Assembly (NCBI GenBank): GCA_963798915.1 | Contig: CAWCVB010000015.1 | Coordinates: 15,518 to 79,517, forward strand | Source: an uncultured Gemmatimonadales bacterium | GTDB taxonomy: Bacteria > Gemmatimonadota > Gemmatimonadetes > Gemmatimonadales > GWC2-71-9 | Direction of reading: 5' to 3' | Length of the DNA stretch: 64,000 bases | In this document: one piece after another, positions 41,284 through 53,691 of the stretch | Layout: each line of letters starts with the position of its first letter | How positions within the stretch are numbered: the first letter of the stretch is position 1 | Made by a program: the position numbers and the translations under genes | The notes under the pieces: model-generated | The model's database searches: none | What the model was told of the DNA's origin: nothing | The model's input: the letters and a program-made list of their open reading frames with translations, nothing else

Positions 41284-42288
41284 CTAGGGAGCGCAGGCGC
41301 CAGCCGGCAGGCTGGCGGTGACCGGGGCGAGGCTGAGGCAGAGAACGTTGTTGCGGCGTGCGGCCGCTGCATAGATCGCGAGCACATCAGGTGTCCAGGT
41401 GCTCCCCCCCTGGGAGACATCCACCACCAATGCGGTCAACGAAAGCGGCTCCTGCGGCAGGGCCGCGGCGCTGTCACTGACCCGCGCCAGGCGCATCGAT
41501 GCCCATGCCACGTCGGGCATGGCGCCGTGCCCCATGCCCGGTGAGAGGCACAGTGGCCGCGACGCCGCAGCCTGACCCAATGCTTCAGCGAGCGGCTGAT
41601 CGGGACGCACACCGAGCACCCGTGCCATTCGCATCCGATACAGCGAATCTGTGACGTAGAGGTCGGCCCGAAGCGGCAGGAGATCGGCGCGGCCTCCGGG
41701 GGTGAGCACTCCGTACCAGACCGCCACGCCCTCCAGTTCGGAGCCAGTGATCAGGACGCCCTGGGCTGGGCAGGAAGCCACGAGGTTGCGGCCCAGTTCG
41801 GCGACGGTCGGCGGCAGCGGCGGCAGCTCGACGGCTCCGGCGGTGAGCCCTTCCCAGCCGGCGCTCTCGAGGATGAGCAGCGACTGGTCCAGGGCCACGA
41901 GCGCGCGGTAGAGTGGAGCGGAATCAACGTGAAGACGGATGGACTCGTCGACCGCCACCGATGCCAGCGACAGGTAGACATCGGCGGACGGAGTGCCGCG
42001 GTGGCCGGCGAGGTGCCAGTCGCGAGCGTCCATACGGTAGAACTGGGCCAGGAGGAACCAGGCCCGCCCATCGCTCTGCGCCACCGCCAGGTAGCGGCCC
42101 AGCATCTCGATGCCAAGCCCACGCTCACCCTGGCGGTTCAGCTCCGAGGCGCGCGGCGCCACGTTCGGGTCCACGGCGCCCTGTGCCCCGAGCGCTGCTG
42201 GCCAGAAAGCCAGCATGGCGCCTAGCGCAAGAACCCCCGCAGTCCGGGTCCGTGTGGCAGCTGCAATTGGTCGCATCACATCTAACAT
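41284..42288 (-). CDS. Hypothetical exported protein (start uncertain)
   Basis: Signal-peptide-like segment (LALGAMLAFWPAALGA-Q), helical N-terminal region; fills the gap between carboxylase genes. Confidence 0.6.
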   Translation of the reverse strand: MLDVMRPIAAATRTRTAGVLALGAMLAFWPAALGAQGAVDPNVAPRASELNRQGERGLGIEMLGRYLAVAQSDGRAWFLLAQFYRMDARDWHLAGHRGTPSADVYLSLASVAVDESIRLHVDSAPLYRALVALDQSLLILESAGWEGLTAGAVELPPLPPTVAELGRNLVASCPAQGVLITGSELEGVAVWYGVLTPGGRADLLPLRADLYVTDSLYRMRMARVLGVRPDQPLAEALGQAAASRPLCLSPGMGHGAMPDVAWASMRLARVSDSAAALPQEPLSLTALVVDVSQGGSTWTPDVLAIYAAAARRNNVLCLSLAPVTASLPAGACAP

Positions 42289-42322
42289 GCGCCCACACCA
42301 CGATTTCCGCCAGTCAAGGTGG

Positions 42323-43877
42323 TCAGAGCGGGATGTTTCCGTGCTTCCGGGGCGGATTCCGGTCGCGCTTGCCGCTCAGGGTCAGCAGGGCCTCGATCAG
42401 CCGGGGCCGGGTGTCCCGCGGATCAATGACATCATCCACATAGCCGCGCTCCGCTGCCGCATATGGGTTGGCGAACCGGGCCACGTACTGCTCAGTGAGA
42501 CGCGCGGCCTCGGCGGCTTGGATCGGCGGCCTCGGCGATTTCCTTCCGAAACAGGATTTCAACGGCGCCCTTGGGCCCCATCACTGCGATCTCCGCCGCC
42601 GGCCACGCAAAATTGACGTCGCCCCGGATGTGCTTGCTGCTCATGACGTCATACGCCCCGCCATAGGCCTTGCGGGTGATCACGGTCAGCTTGGGAACGG
42701 TCGCTTCGCAGTAGGCGTAGAGCAACTTGGCGCCGTGACGAATGATGCCGCCGTGCTCCTGGGCCACGCCAGGCAGGAACCCCGGGACATCCACCAAGGT
42801 GACGATCGGAATATTGAAGCAGTCACAGAACCGAATGAACCGGGCGGCCTTGGTGCTGGCATTGATGTCCAGCACGCCGGCCAGGACCGCCGGCTGATTG
42901 GCGACGATCCCAACCGGTCGTCCCAACAGCCGACCAAACCCCACCACGATGTTATCCGCGAAGCCGGCATGTACCTGGACGAAGTGGCCGTCGTCCACAA
43001 CCGGGCGGATGATATCCAGCATATCGTATGGCTGCGCCGCGGCGAGGGGCACGACATCGAGCAGGCTCTCCTCCCGGCGTTCGGCGGAGTCGTCGGTCGG
43101 CCGGATCGGAGGAGCGTCGACATTGTTGCCCGGCAGAAATCCCAGCAGTTCGCGGATGGCCTGCAGCGCCGCCGGTTCGTTGTCGTACGTGAAATGCGAC
43201 ACGCCGGAGACGGCCCCGTGCACGTCCGCGCCACCCAGCTCGTCGAAGCTCACGTCCTCATGCGTCACGGTCTTCACCACGCTCGGGCCAGTCACGAACA
43301 TGTAACTCACCTGCCGGACCATGAAGATGAAGTCCGTAATGGCCGGGCTGTACACGGCGCCGCCGGCGCACGGGCCCAAAATGGCACTGATCTGGGGAAT
43401 CACGCCCGACGCAAGCGTGTTGCGCAGGAAGATGTCGGCATAGCCGCCCAGCGAAGCGACGCCTTCCTGGATGCGGGCGCCTCCCGAGTCGTTCAGTCCG
43501 ACCAGGGGCGCCCCGTTCCGCATGGCCAGATCCATGACCTTGCAGATCTTTTCGGCGTGCGCCTCCGAGAGGGAGCCGCCGAAGACGGTGAAATCCTGCG
43601 AGAAGACGTACACCAGCCGTCCCTCGATCCGGCCGTGTCCGGTGACGACACCGTCGCCAGGGTACTTCTCCCCGTCCAGTCCGAACTCGGTCGCACGATG
43701 GGTAACAAATCGATCCAGTTCCTGAAAGGATCCCTCGTCCAGCAGCAGGTCGAGCCGTTCCCGCGCGGTGAGCTTCCCCTTCTTGTGCTGCTGCGCCACC
43801 CGCCGCTCGCCGCCTCCTTGCTCGGACGCAGCCTGCCGGCGGTGCAGGTCGTCGAGGCGTTCTCTGGATTGGGTCAT
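42323..43877 (-). CDS. pccB: Acyl-CoA (propionyl/methylmalonyl-CoA) carboxyltransferase beta subunit with a +1 frameshift near 42518 (likely error)
   Basis: [45 protein letters not shown]-terminal RKHGNIPL in the shifted frame. Confidence 0.88.
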
Positions 43878-43950
43878 GGGCAGAATGTAGGGGAAGCCGG
43901 TGGGTGGCGCGAGGTATCGGGCCATGGCGGCCGACTCTTTCCAAAACTGC

Positions 43951-44466
43951 CAACGCAAAGACGCGGAGGCGCAGAGGTCGCGGAGGAACGCTTCGCAGCG
44001 CGTTCAAATGGCGCCCGCTCGACCCTGTGCTAAGTGTAACGTGGAGAATGTCAATCGAGTTGCCTCAGAATGCGCTCAGCCAGCGCATTATCGGCGCCGC
44101 CATCGAGGTCCACCGAATTGTCGGACCGGGGCTACTCGAGTCCGCCTACCAGCGATGTATGGAGGCCGAACTGGAGTTGCGTGGCATTCCGTTTCGGAGC
44201 GGCATTGCACTGCCGATTCACTACAAGACGCTCGAGTTCGAGAATGCCTACCGGCTGGATCTACTGATCGCAAACCAGGTCGTGGTTGAGCTGAAGTCTA
44301 TCGAGGAAGTTCTTCCCGTGCACTCCGCGCAGTTACTCACGTATTTGCGCTTAACCAGCCACAAGCTGGGGCTGCTCATCAACTTCAATGTGCCGGTACT
44401 CTGGCGCGGTATATCTCGTGTCGTCAATAATCTGTAGACTCGGCGTCCTCTGCGCCTCCGCGGTTG
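43951..44466 (+). mobile_element. Putative GxxExxY cassette bounded by inverted repeats
   Basis: CGCGGAGGCGCAGAGG (43962-43977) and its exact reverse complement (44447-44462), each with an outer CAAC/GTTG; mobility is inferred. Confidence 0.5.
44048..44437 (+). CDS. GxxExxY protein (PD-(D/E)XK nuclease-like)
   Basis: IIGAAIEVHR..GPGLLESAY, YRLDLLI..QVVVELKS, HSAQLLTYL, GLLINFN; 129 aa. Confidence 0.93.
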   Translation: MSIELPQNALSQRIIGAAIEVHRIVGPGLLESAYQRCMEAELELRGIPFRSGIALPIHYKTLEFENAYRLDLLIANQVVVELKSIEEVLPVHSAQLLTYLRLTSHKLGLLINFNVPVLWRGISRVVNNL

Positions 44467-44501
44467 ATTCCAAGGGTCCACGAAGCCGGCCTGAGCAGTG
44501 G

Positions 44502-44533
44502 AAACGAAAAAGCCCCCGATTGCTCGGGGGCTT
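44502..44533 (-). terminator. Intrinsic terminator of rpsA (possibly bidirectional)
   Basis: AAGCCCCCGA-TTGC-TCGGGGGCTT with a T-rich tail on the minus strand. Confidence 0.85.
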
Positions 44534-44553
44534 CTGCACAGCAGCCGGTTGCC

Positions 44554-46314
44554 CTACTCCGACGCGGGTGGGACAGTCTCATCCGTGGATTCCTCGCCCT
44601 CATCCCCCTCGGTGGGAATGGGTCGGGCCGCCTTGGCCCGATTGGCCGCCATTTCCTCTTCGGTGGTCTCGGGATACCCGACGACCGCGAGGACGATGCG
44701 GTGATGGATGGGATCGACTTCCAGCACTGACATGTCGACCGGCTGGCCTTCCTGCACCGCGTCGCCCGGATTCTGGACATCGGGCTTGCCAAGCTGCGAG
44801 ACGGGCACGAAGCCCTCGATGTCGTTACCCACATCCACGACGACGCCCTTGTCCATCAAGCGCAGCACGACGCCACGCAACTCCATGCCGATGGGATAGG
44901 TCTCACCGATCCGCAGCCATGGATCTTCCTGCGCCTGCTTGAGGCCCAGGCTGATCCGCTTGTTTTCGGCGTCGATATTGAGGATCAGCACCTCGACCGA
45001 GTCGCCCTTCTTCACCACTTCCGACGGGTGCTGCACCCGCTTGGTCCAGGACATGTCGGAGATGTGGATCAGGCCATCGATACCGGGCTCGATCTCGACG
45101 AAGGCGCCGAAGCTGGTGAGGTTGCGGACCTTGCCCTCCAGCCGGGTGCCGACGGGGTACTTGAGCGGCAGCACCATCCACGGGTCCTGCTCGGTCTGCT
45201 TCATGCCCAGCGAGATCTTTTCCTCGCTCTCGTCGACCTTGAGCACGACGGCTTCGATGGTCTCGCCGATCGAGACGATCTTGGACGGATGGCGGACGTT
45301 GCGGGTCCAGCTCATTTCGCTGATGTGAACCAGCCCCTCGATGCCGGGCTCCAGCTCCACAAAGGCGCCGTAGTTGGTGATCGAGACGACCTTGCCCTGG
45401 ACCCGCGAGCCCACCGGATACTTCTGGGCCACGTCCTTCCAGGGATATGACTGCAGCTGCTTCATGCCGAGCGAGATGCGCTCGCGCTGCCAGTCGATGT
45501 CGAGGATCTTGACCTCGAGCTCCTGGCCGATCTGGACCATTTCGCTGGGATGCGAGACCCGCCCGTAGGACATGTCCGTAATGTGCAGCAGGCCGTCCAC
45601 ACCACCCAGGTCGATGAAGGCACCGAAATCGGTGACGTTCTTGACGACACCCTTCCGGACCTGGCCGACTTCGAGCTCCTTCATCAGGTGCTCGCGCTTG
45701 TGGGCCCGCTCGTGCTCCAGGATCACGCGGCGGCTGACCACGATATTGCGACGCCGCTTGTTGAGCTTGATGATCTTGAACTCGTAAGTGGACCCGAGCA
45801 GGTCGTCGATGTTGGGCACCCGCCGCAGGGCAATCTGCGAACCGGGGAGGAAGGCATCGACCCCCATCAGGTTGACCACCACGCCGCCCTTGATCTTCTT
45901 GGTGAGCGTGCCTTCGACCGGCTGGTCATTCTCGTGGGCCACGCGGATCTTCTCCCAGACCCGCATGAAGTCGGCCTTCTTCTTGGACAGCACCACGGCG
46001 CCCTCGTGGTCCTCGAGGTGCTCGAGGAACACTTCGACCTCGTCGCCCTCCTTGAGGCTGCCCGGGTCCTTGAATTCGTCGAGGGGCACCGAACCCTCGG
46101 ACTTGAAGCCGACGTCGAGGATGACGGCATTATCGGTGACACGCAGCACCTTGGACTTGACGATCTCGCCTTCGACGATCTGCGACATTGTCCCCTCGTA
46201 CATCGAGAGGAGCTGTTCGTATTCGTCGTCGCTGTAGTCATCATCGTACAGGTCGGCACGGACGCGGAGGCCAGTGGGGCTGATCTTTTCGGCGGCGACG
46301 GGGGCTTGGGCCAT
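44554..46314 (-). CDS. rpsA: 30S ribosomal protein S1 (start approximate)
   Basis: Six S1 repeats: DVGFKSEG, AFLPGSQ, FGAFIDLGGVDGLLHITDMS, GIEGLVHISEMSW and others. Confidence 0.97.
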   Translation of the reverse strand: MAQAPVAAEKISPTGLRVRADLYDDDYSDDEYEQLLSMYEGTMSQIVEGEIVKSKVLRVTDNAVILDVGFKSEGSVPLDEFKDPGSLKEGDEVEVFLEHLEDHEGAVVLSKKKADFMRVWEKIRVAHENDQPVEGTLTKKIKGGVVVNLMGVDAFLPGSQIALRRVPNIDDLLGSTYEFKIIKLNKRRRNIVVSRRVILEHERAHKREHLMKELEVGQVRKGVVKNVTDFGAFIDLGGVDGLLHITDMSYGRVSHPSEMVQIGQELEVKILDIDWQRERISLGMKQLQSYPWKDVAQKYPVGSRVQGKVVSITNYGAFVELEPGIEGLVHISEMSWTRNVRHPSKIVSIGETIEAVVLKVDESEEKISLGMKQTEQDPWMVLPLKYPVGTRLEGKVRNLTSFGAFVEIEPGIDGLIHISDMSWTKRVQHPSEVVKKGDSVEVLILNIDAENKRISLGLKQAQEDPWLRIGETYPIGMELRGVVLRLMDKGVVVDVGNDIEGFVPVSQLGKPDVQNPGDAVQEGQPVDMSVLEVDPIHHRIVLAVVGYPETTEEEMAANRAKAARPIPTEGDEGEESTDETVPPASE

Positions 46315-46437
46315 GAGGGAACCACTTTCGAAGTCGGACCGCGGGCGTGGAGCCGCGGGCTGGGGTGATGCCTGTGGATGCGGAGGTGCATTCACAGGAA
46401 GCCTGAAAATATAGCGCCGACCACTGCCGATGACAAC

Positions 46438-47517
<1,080 letters not shown>

Positions 47518-47534
47518 ATGCCCCCACTGACGAA

Positions 47535-48902
47535 ATGACCCCGTTGCAGGAGTTCCCGACCGGCTTCCTCTGGGGTACGGCGACCGCCGCGTACCAGATT
47601 GAAGGATCCCCACTGGCGGACGGCGCCGGCGCCAGCATCTGGCATCGTTTTGCGCATACCCCGGGTCGTACCGCAAGGGGCGAAACCGGCGATGTCGCAT
47701 GCGACCACTATCGGCGCTGGCGCGACGATGTGCGGCTGATGGCAGACCTGGGCCTCAATGCCTACCGCTTCAGTCTGTCCTGGAGCCGGCTGTTGCCCGA
47801 GGGAACCGGAACGGTCAATCCCGCCGGAGTGGCCTTCTACGACCAGTTGATCGACGCGCTGCTGGAGGCAGGGATCGCCCCGCTGGTAACCCTGTATCAC
47901 TGGGACCTCCCCGCGGCCCTCGACGATCGGGGCGGCTGGCTCAACCGGAACAGCGCCGACTGGTTCGGCGAGTATGCTGGCGTCGCGTTCAATGCCTACG
48001 GCGACCGGGTTCGCCGCTGGGTGACGCTGAACGAACCGTGGGTCGTGACCGATGGCGGCTATCTTCACGGCGCGCTCGCGCCCGGTCACAGCAACCTGTA
48101 CGAGTCGCCGATCGCGTCGCACAACCTGCTGCGGGCCCACGGCACCGGCGTCCAGGTCTTCCGCAGCCTGGCCAAGGGTGAGATCGGCCTGGTGGTCAAC
48201 TTGGAGCCGAAGGAGCCCGCGAGCGACAGCCCTGCCGACCGCGACGCGACCGCCCGGGCCGACGCGTACATGAACCGCCAGTATCTCGATCCTGTCTACC
48301 TGGGCGCCTACCCATCTGAACTTGCGCGGATTTTTGGCGACGCATGGCCTCGATTCCCTGACGAGGATTTTGCCCTCATCGGAACTCCCACCGACTTCCT
48401 TGGTATCAACTATTACACCCGCGGTGTCACAGCCCACGATCCCTCGGCCTGGCCGGTGCTGGCGAGCAACGTGCGCCAGACCGGCGCGCTCTACACCGAG
48501 ACGGGATGGGAGGTGCATCCCGCTTCCCTCACGTCGGTCCTGCTCTGGGTGACCCAGCGCTACGGCAGCATCCCGATCTACATCACCGAAAATGGTGCGG
48601 CCTTCCCCGATCCACCGACCGTGACCGGCGAGACGCTCGACGACCCGCTCCGGGTCGAGTACTACCGGGAACACTTCCGTGCCGCTCATGCAGCGATCGC
48701 CCAGGGCGTCGATCTCCGGGGTTACTGCGCCTGGTCCCTCCTCGACAACTTCGAATGGAGCCTGGGATATGCCAAGCGATTCGGCATCGTCCATGTGGAC
48801 TACGCGACGCAGAAGCGCACTCCCAAGGCAAGCGCCCGATTCATCAGCGAGGTGGCCCAGAGCAACGGTGCCTCGCTCAGGGCTGGTCCGGCCGAGCCGT
48901 AA
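47535..48902 (+). CDS. GH1 beta-glucosidase
   Basis: FLWGTATAAYQIEG, YRFSLSWSR, TLYHWDLP, TLNEP (acid/base), YITENG (nucleophile), DNFEW. Confidence 0.95.
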   Translation: MTPLQEFPTGFLWGTATAAYQIEGSPLADGAGASIWHRFAHTPGRTARGETGDVACDHYRRWRDDVRLMADLGLNAYRFSLSWSRLLPEGTGTVNPAGVAFYDQLIDALLEAGIAPLVTLYHWDLPAALDDRGGWLNRNSADWFGEYAGVAFNAYGDRVRRWVTLNEPWVVTDGGYLHGALAPGHSNLYESPIASHNLLRAHGTGVQVFRSLAKGEIGLVVNLEPKEPASDSPADRDATARADAYMNRQYLDPVYLGAYPSELARIFGDAWPRFPDEDFALIGTPTDFLGINYYTRGVTAHDPSAWPVLASNVRQTGALYTETGWEVHPASLTSVLLWVTQRYGSIPIYITENGAAFPDPPTVTGETLDDPLRVEYYREHFRAAHAAIAQGVDLRGYCAWSLLDNFEWSLGYAKRFGIVHVDYATQKRTPKASARFISEVAQSNGASLRAGPAEP

Positions 48903-51900
48903 TCCGCACCTCCGCCGGGGCGTTCGGCACCCTGATGCCGTCTGGCGTCACTGTCAGGAGCCGACCCGCTGCAGTCGCCGAAAGCCGACCGGTCAACGGC
49001 GGCTGCAGCAGCAATGCGGCTGCATTACTGGGGGCCGAGAGCACGGTGATCACGAGAGTGTCGCCCTCCATCCGGGCGCGGTATTCGACCGCGCCAAGTA
49101 CGCTCCACGGAAACCGGACATGAACACCGGCGCCCCGCACCCATTCCATGGGTACCCCCGCCATCAGCACCACCGAGGCGTCCGCCCGCTCATACGCGAA
49201 AAGATCCAGCGCTGACCGGACAAAATCCGATGCCACCCATGTGTGCGGGAGATCGCCCAGAAATTCTGGCGCGCGAGCATCACGGCGAATCACCTCGGGC
49301 CATTGACGCCACCCGGGCGGACGCTGGTCCGACAGGAGGTCCGTCACCTGCTGCAGGGCCGACGCACGCCAGCCGAGGCGTAGCTTGGCACCGATGGCGC
49401 GAGCCTCGTACGGCGTGTAGGCATTCCAGGGCCGGCCGGCCCGGCGGTCGGCCAGCATCGAGTCGAATCTCGCGAAGGTTCGGTGCAGCGCGGCTTCCGG
49501 CAGCGAGTCCAGCAACTCCACCGGATCGCCGGCAATGGTGGTTGAAGTGGCGTCGAAATCTCCCAGCTCCACCGACCCGGGAATGAAATCCAGCTGGTGT
49601 GCTGCCATTGTCCGGCGCACTGACGCGAGGAGATCGTGCCGAAAGCTGTCAGCCACGGCACGCCAGTGGGTCGAATCCGCACGACCCAGCCGCTCCGCCG
49701 CCTCGGCGGCGTCCGCCAACCCCCGCGCCGCCCAGAAGTCGTCCCAGTAGGAATGTTCGGGATGGGCCGAATACCCCTCGTGGCTGATGGACTCGGGCAT
49801 CAAGCCGTAAAACGCGCCGCCCAGCGAGTCCACCCAGGCGCCGCCCATGCGGCTGTGCCGCAGCGAGTCCATGTACCCTGCTGCCGCGGCGATGTGGGGC
49901 CACAACTCTTGGAGCAGCGCGTTGCTGCCAGTGCGCCGCGCGTATTCGGTGGCCAGATAGATGAACTCGCCCTGGCTGTCGTTCTCGGGCACCGGGTCCG
50001 CCCCGCGATGATCCACGCAACAGGGAATTTTGCCATTCTCGAACTGAAACGGCGCGTACCATTCGAGGAATTCGCGCACTGGCTCCGTCAGACCCAGGCG
50101 CAGCAATGCGGACGACGTGAGCGCCGCATCGCGAATCCAGGAGCGCGCGTATGCCCTGGAACCGGGCTGGATCGCCGCGTGGTCGCGGTTGACCAGGATA
50201 TAGCCAACCGACGCACGCACCGTCTGCGCGATCGTCTCAACCGGGGGTGGCCCACTCAGCTGGAATCCTGGCAGCACTTCTCGCCAATCAGCGACCGCCC
50301 GGATGCGGCTTGCGCTCACCCATGCGCCGTCCATCGTCACGTGGCGCCCGCTCCACCCATGCCAGGGAACCGCGAGCGTGACCGTGCGGCTTTCGCCTGG
50401 CGCAAGGGCGATGTGGTACTCCAGCAATGCGCTGGCGAGATGCCGAGGATCCGTGACTTCGCGCCGCTGAGGTTGCAGGGCGCGGGCAAGCCAATCGCTG
50501 ACGTCGCCGGCGTCAAAGGCAGCGACGCCGGCCCGGCCAGGATGGTCGAGCAGGAGGACCCGGGTAGAGTCGGCGAGCAACGTGTCGCCCATCACGGCCA
50601 GGTGCTCGAGACGGCCGATGCCGCCAGCGAGATTCAGAAACTGTGAGGGAGGATTGACCTGCAGCGGTCGGATGGCGAGCAGCAGCGTGGGAGCCGCCGC
50701 TGCCATGCCGTGATTAGTGAGCCGATATTGCACCAGCAGCACGGAACTGTCGGCCGGGCCGGTTGTCCAGGCGCTGGTTGCGAGCGTAACCGGATGACCC
50801 AGCCAGGTCGCGATGGGAAGCGGCAGCGCGCCATCGGTGAGCGAGTCATGAAGAGTGACGTCATGCCAGGTGACGAGACGGTCGGCCAGGCGCAGAAACG
50901 GCTCGATTGAAAAGCCGGCGCGGTCTACCTCCACCCGCCCGCTTTCCTCCATCAGCGCTTCTCGCGCATCGCCGTCGGTGCCCACGACGGTCCAGAACCC
51001 CAGTGAGCCGGTGAACGAGCGCGGAACGAGTCCAGGCGCAGCATCACGAGCCATCTGCTCGATCACCCGATTCGAGTCCGCGCCGAACGACATCGGGAGC
51101 AAGGTCAGCTCCCGGAGCGCCACTTCCGGCCCTGCCGCCAGATGGAGTCGGACCCACCGCGTCTCCTGCGCACCGGTGAAGAGATAATCCCGACCCCCGT
51201 CGGAGTGCCGCACGGAATAGACCGACTTCCAGTGGTGCCCATCGTCCGACACCAGGAGGGTGTACCCAGGTGGTGCGCTCCCGGCCCATGCGAGCCGGGC
51301 CGCCCCGAATCCGCGCAGCGTCCCCAGGTCGAACGTCAGCTCGGCCGCGCTGCCGGGCGGGGTGCGCCAGGCAGTGCCGCTATCGCCATCCATGGCATGT
51401 GCAGCGCTGGGAGAAGATGGCGTCGCGGAGACGCTCGCCGGCAGCACCGGCATGGTGGTGTCCACGGGAGGACGCACAGCAAACGTGAGGCTGTCAAACC
51501 AGACCGAGCCTCTTCCCCCCTCACCCGCCGTGAGCGCAATTTCGAGAGCGGCTACATCGCGCAGCTCGCCACCTCCGCGCGGCCCCCAGGCAAACGAAAC
51601 GGCTCGACGCGGGATCACGATGTCGGCCCAGCTGGAACCGAACGCGAAATTCCGGTGGACCGACCACCAGACGTTTTCACCGGTGTGGTCCAGCAACTTG
51701 AACTCGATGGAATTGCTGGGGAGCGTGCCGCGAACCTTGAAGCGGAAGACGTAGTTGCCGGGAAGCGAAAGGCTGAGCGGTCGGTGGATGACTGCGTACC
51801 CGGCACCGCCGTGATAATCCACGTCGGCCCGAAGGCTGCCGTGATCGGCATGAACGGCGATGCCGACTCCATCGGAAGCATAGGCGGTCCACTGGCCCAC

Positions 51901-51986
51901 CGCGTCGAAGTCATCCAGCAGGCGCGGCGCCTGCGCGCTCAGCCCCGACGCAGGCACCAGCGCGAGGAGGGCCAGGGCGCCCGTCC

Positions 51987-51990
<4 letters not shown>
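48877..51990 (-). CDS. Exported multidomain protein: CBM-like + F5/8 type C (discoidin) + (alpha/alpha)6 glycosidase-like domain
   Basis: Signal peptide; AMDGDSGTAW..LTFDLG discoidin pattern; YARSWIRDAA and HSYWDDFW motifs typical of six-hairpin glycosidases; sugar operon context. Confidence 0.75.
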
Positions 51991-52805
<815 letters not shown>

Positions 52806-52806
52806 C

Positions 52807-53691
52807 CTACTGCTCCCTCGGGCGCAGGCGGAACTGAATCAGCGTCGCGACCAGCATGATGGCAAAGAGCACAAACGCAATCGCCGCGGCATTCCCGATC
52901 CGCCACCACCGGAAGCCCTCTTCGTACATCAGCAGCACCACGCTGAGCGTGCTGCGGAGCGGGCCGCCCTGGGTCATGACGTAGGGCTCGGCAAAGAGCT
53001 GGAAATAGCCGATCATCGTGACAATGGCCACGAACATGAAAGTGGGTGCCAGCATCGGGAGCGTGATATGGCGGAATCGCTGCCACCAGCGCGCCCCATC
53101 AAGCTCGGCTGCGTCGTAGAGATCCTCGGGAATCGCCTGCAGGCCCGCGATGAAGATCAGCATGTTGTAGCCGAAGTTCTTCCACACCGCGAGCAGGATG
53201 ATGGCCGGCATGGCCCAATCCGGGCTCCCCAGCCAGTCGATGCGGCCCAGGCCGATCCAGCCCAGCAACTGGTCGATCGGACCGTAGATCGGGTGATACA
53301 GGTACCGCCACACGATGGCCACGGCCACCAGGGTAGTCACCACGGGCGCAAAGAACGCGCTCCGGAAAAAACTCTTCCATCGGGTGAGCCGGGCGTTGAC
53401 CAGCAGCGCGGCGGCCAGCGAAGTCGCCACTGACAGCGGGCCGCCCACCAGCACGAAATAGAAGGTGTTCCTGAGCGCCGCCCAGAAGACCGGGTTGCGC
53501 AACAGGTTCTGGTAATTCTCCAAGCCCACGAACCGTGCGCTCGCCGGATCCGCGATGGCGTAGATGTCGAAATCGGTCAAGCTGAGGAAGAACGCTGCGA
53601 CGACCGGTACCACAAAGAAGACCGCCAGCAGCAGCAGCGCCGGCAGCAGAAATGCCCAGGCCGCACGGGCCTGCTGCCGCTCGACGGTCAT
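52807..53691 (-). CDS. Carbohydrate ABC transporter permease (MalF-like)
   Basis: FVGLENY, AGLQAIPEDLYDAAELDGA, TQGGP. Confidence 0.95.
   Translation of the reverse strand: MTVERQQARAAWAFLLPALLLLAVFFVVPVVAAFFLSLTDFDIYAIADPASARFVGLENYQNLLRNPVFWAALRNTFYFVLVGGPLSVATSLAAALLVNARLTRWKSFFRSAFFAPVVTTLVAVAIVWRYLYHPIYGPIDQLLGWIGLGRIDWLGSPDWAMPAIILLAVWKNFGYNMLIFIAGLQAIPEDLYDAAELDGARWWQRFRHITLPMLAPTFMFVAIVTMIGYFQLFAEPYVMTQGGPLRSTLSVVLLMYEEGFRWWRIGNAAAIAFVLFAIMLVATLIQFRLRPREQ

Noticed and set aside
47518..48902. Invertible (phase-variable) GH1 segment
   Set aside because: No inverted repeats at the boundaries and no recombinase nearby
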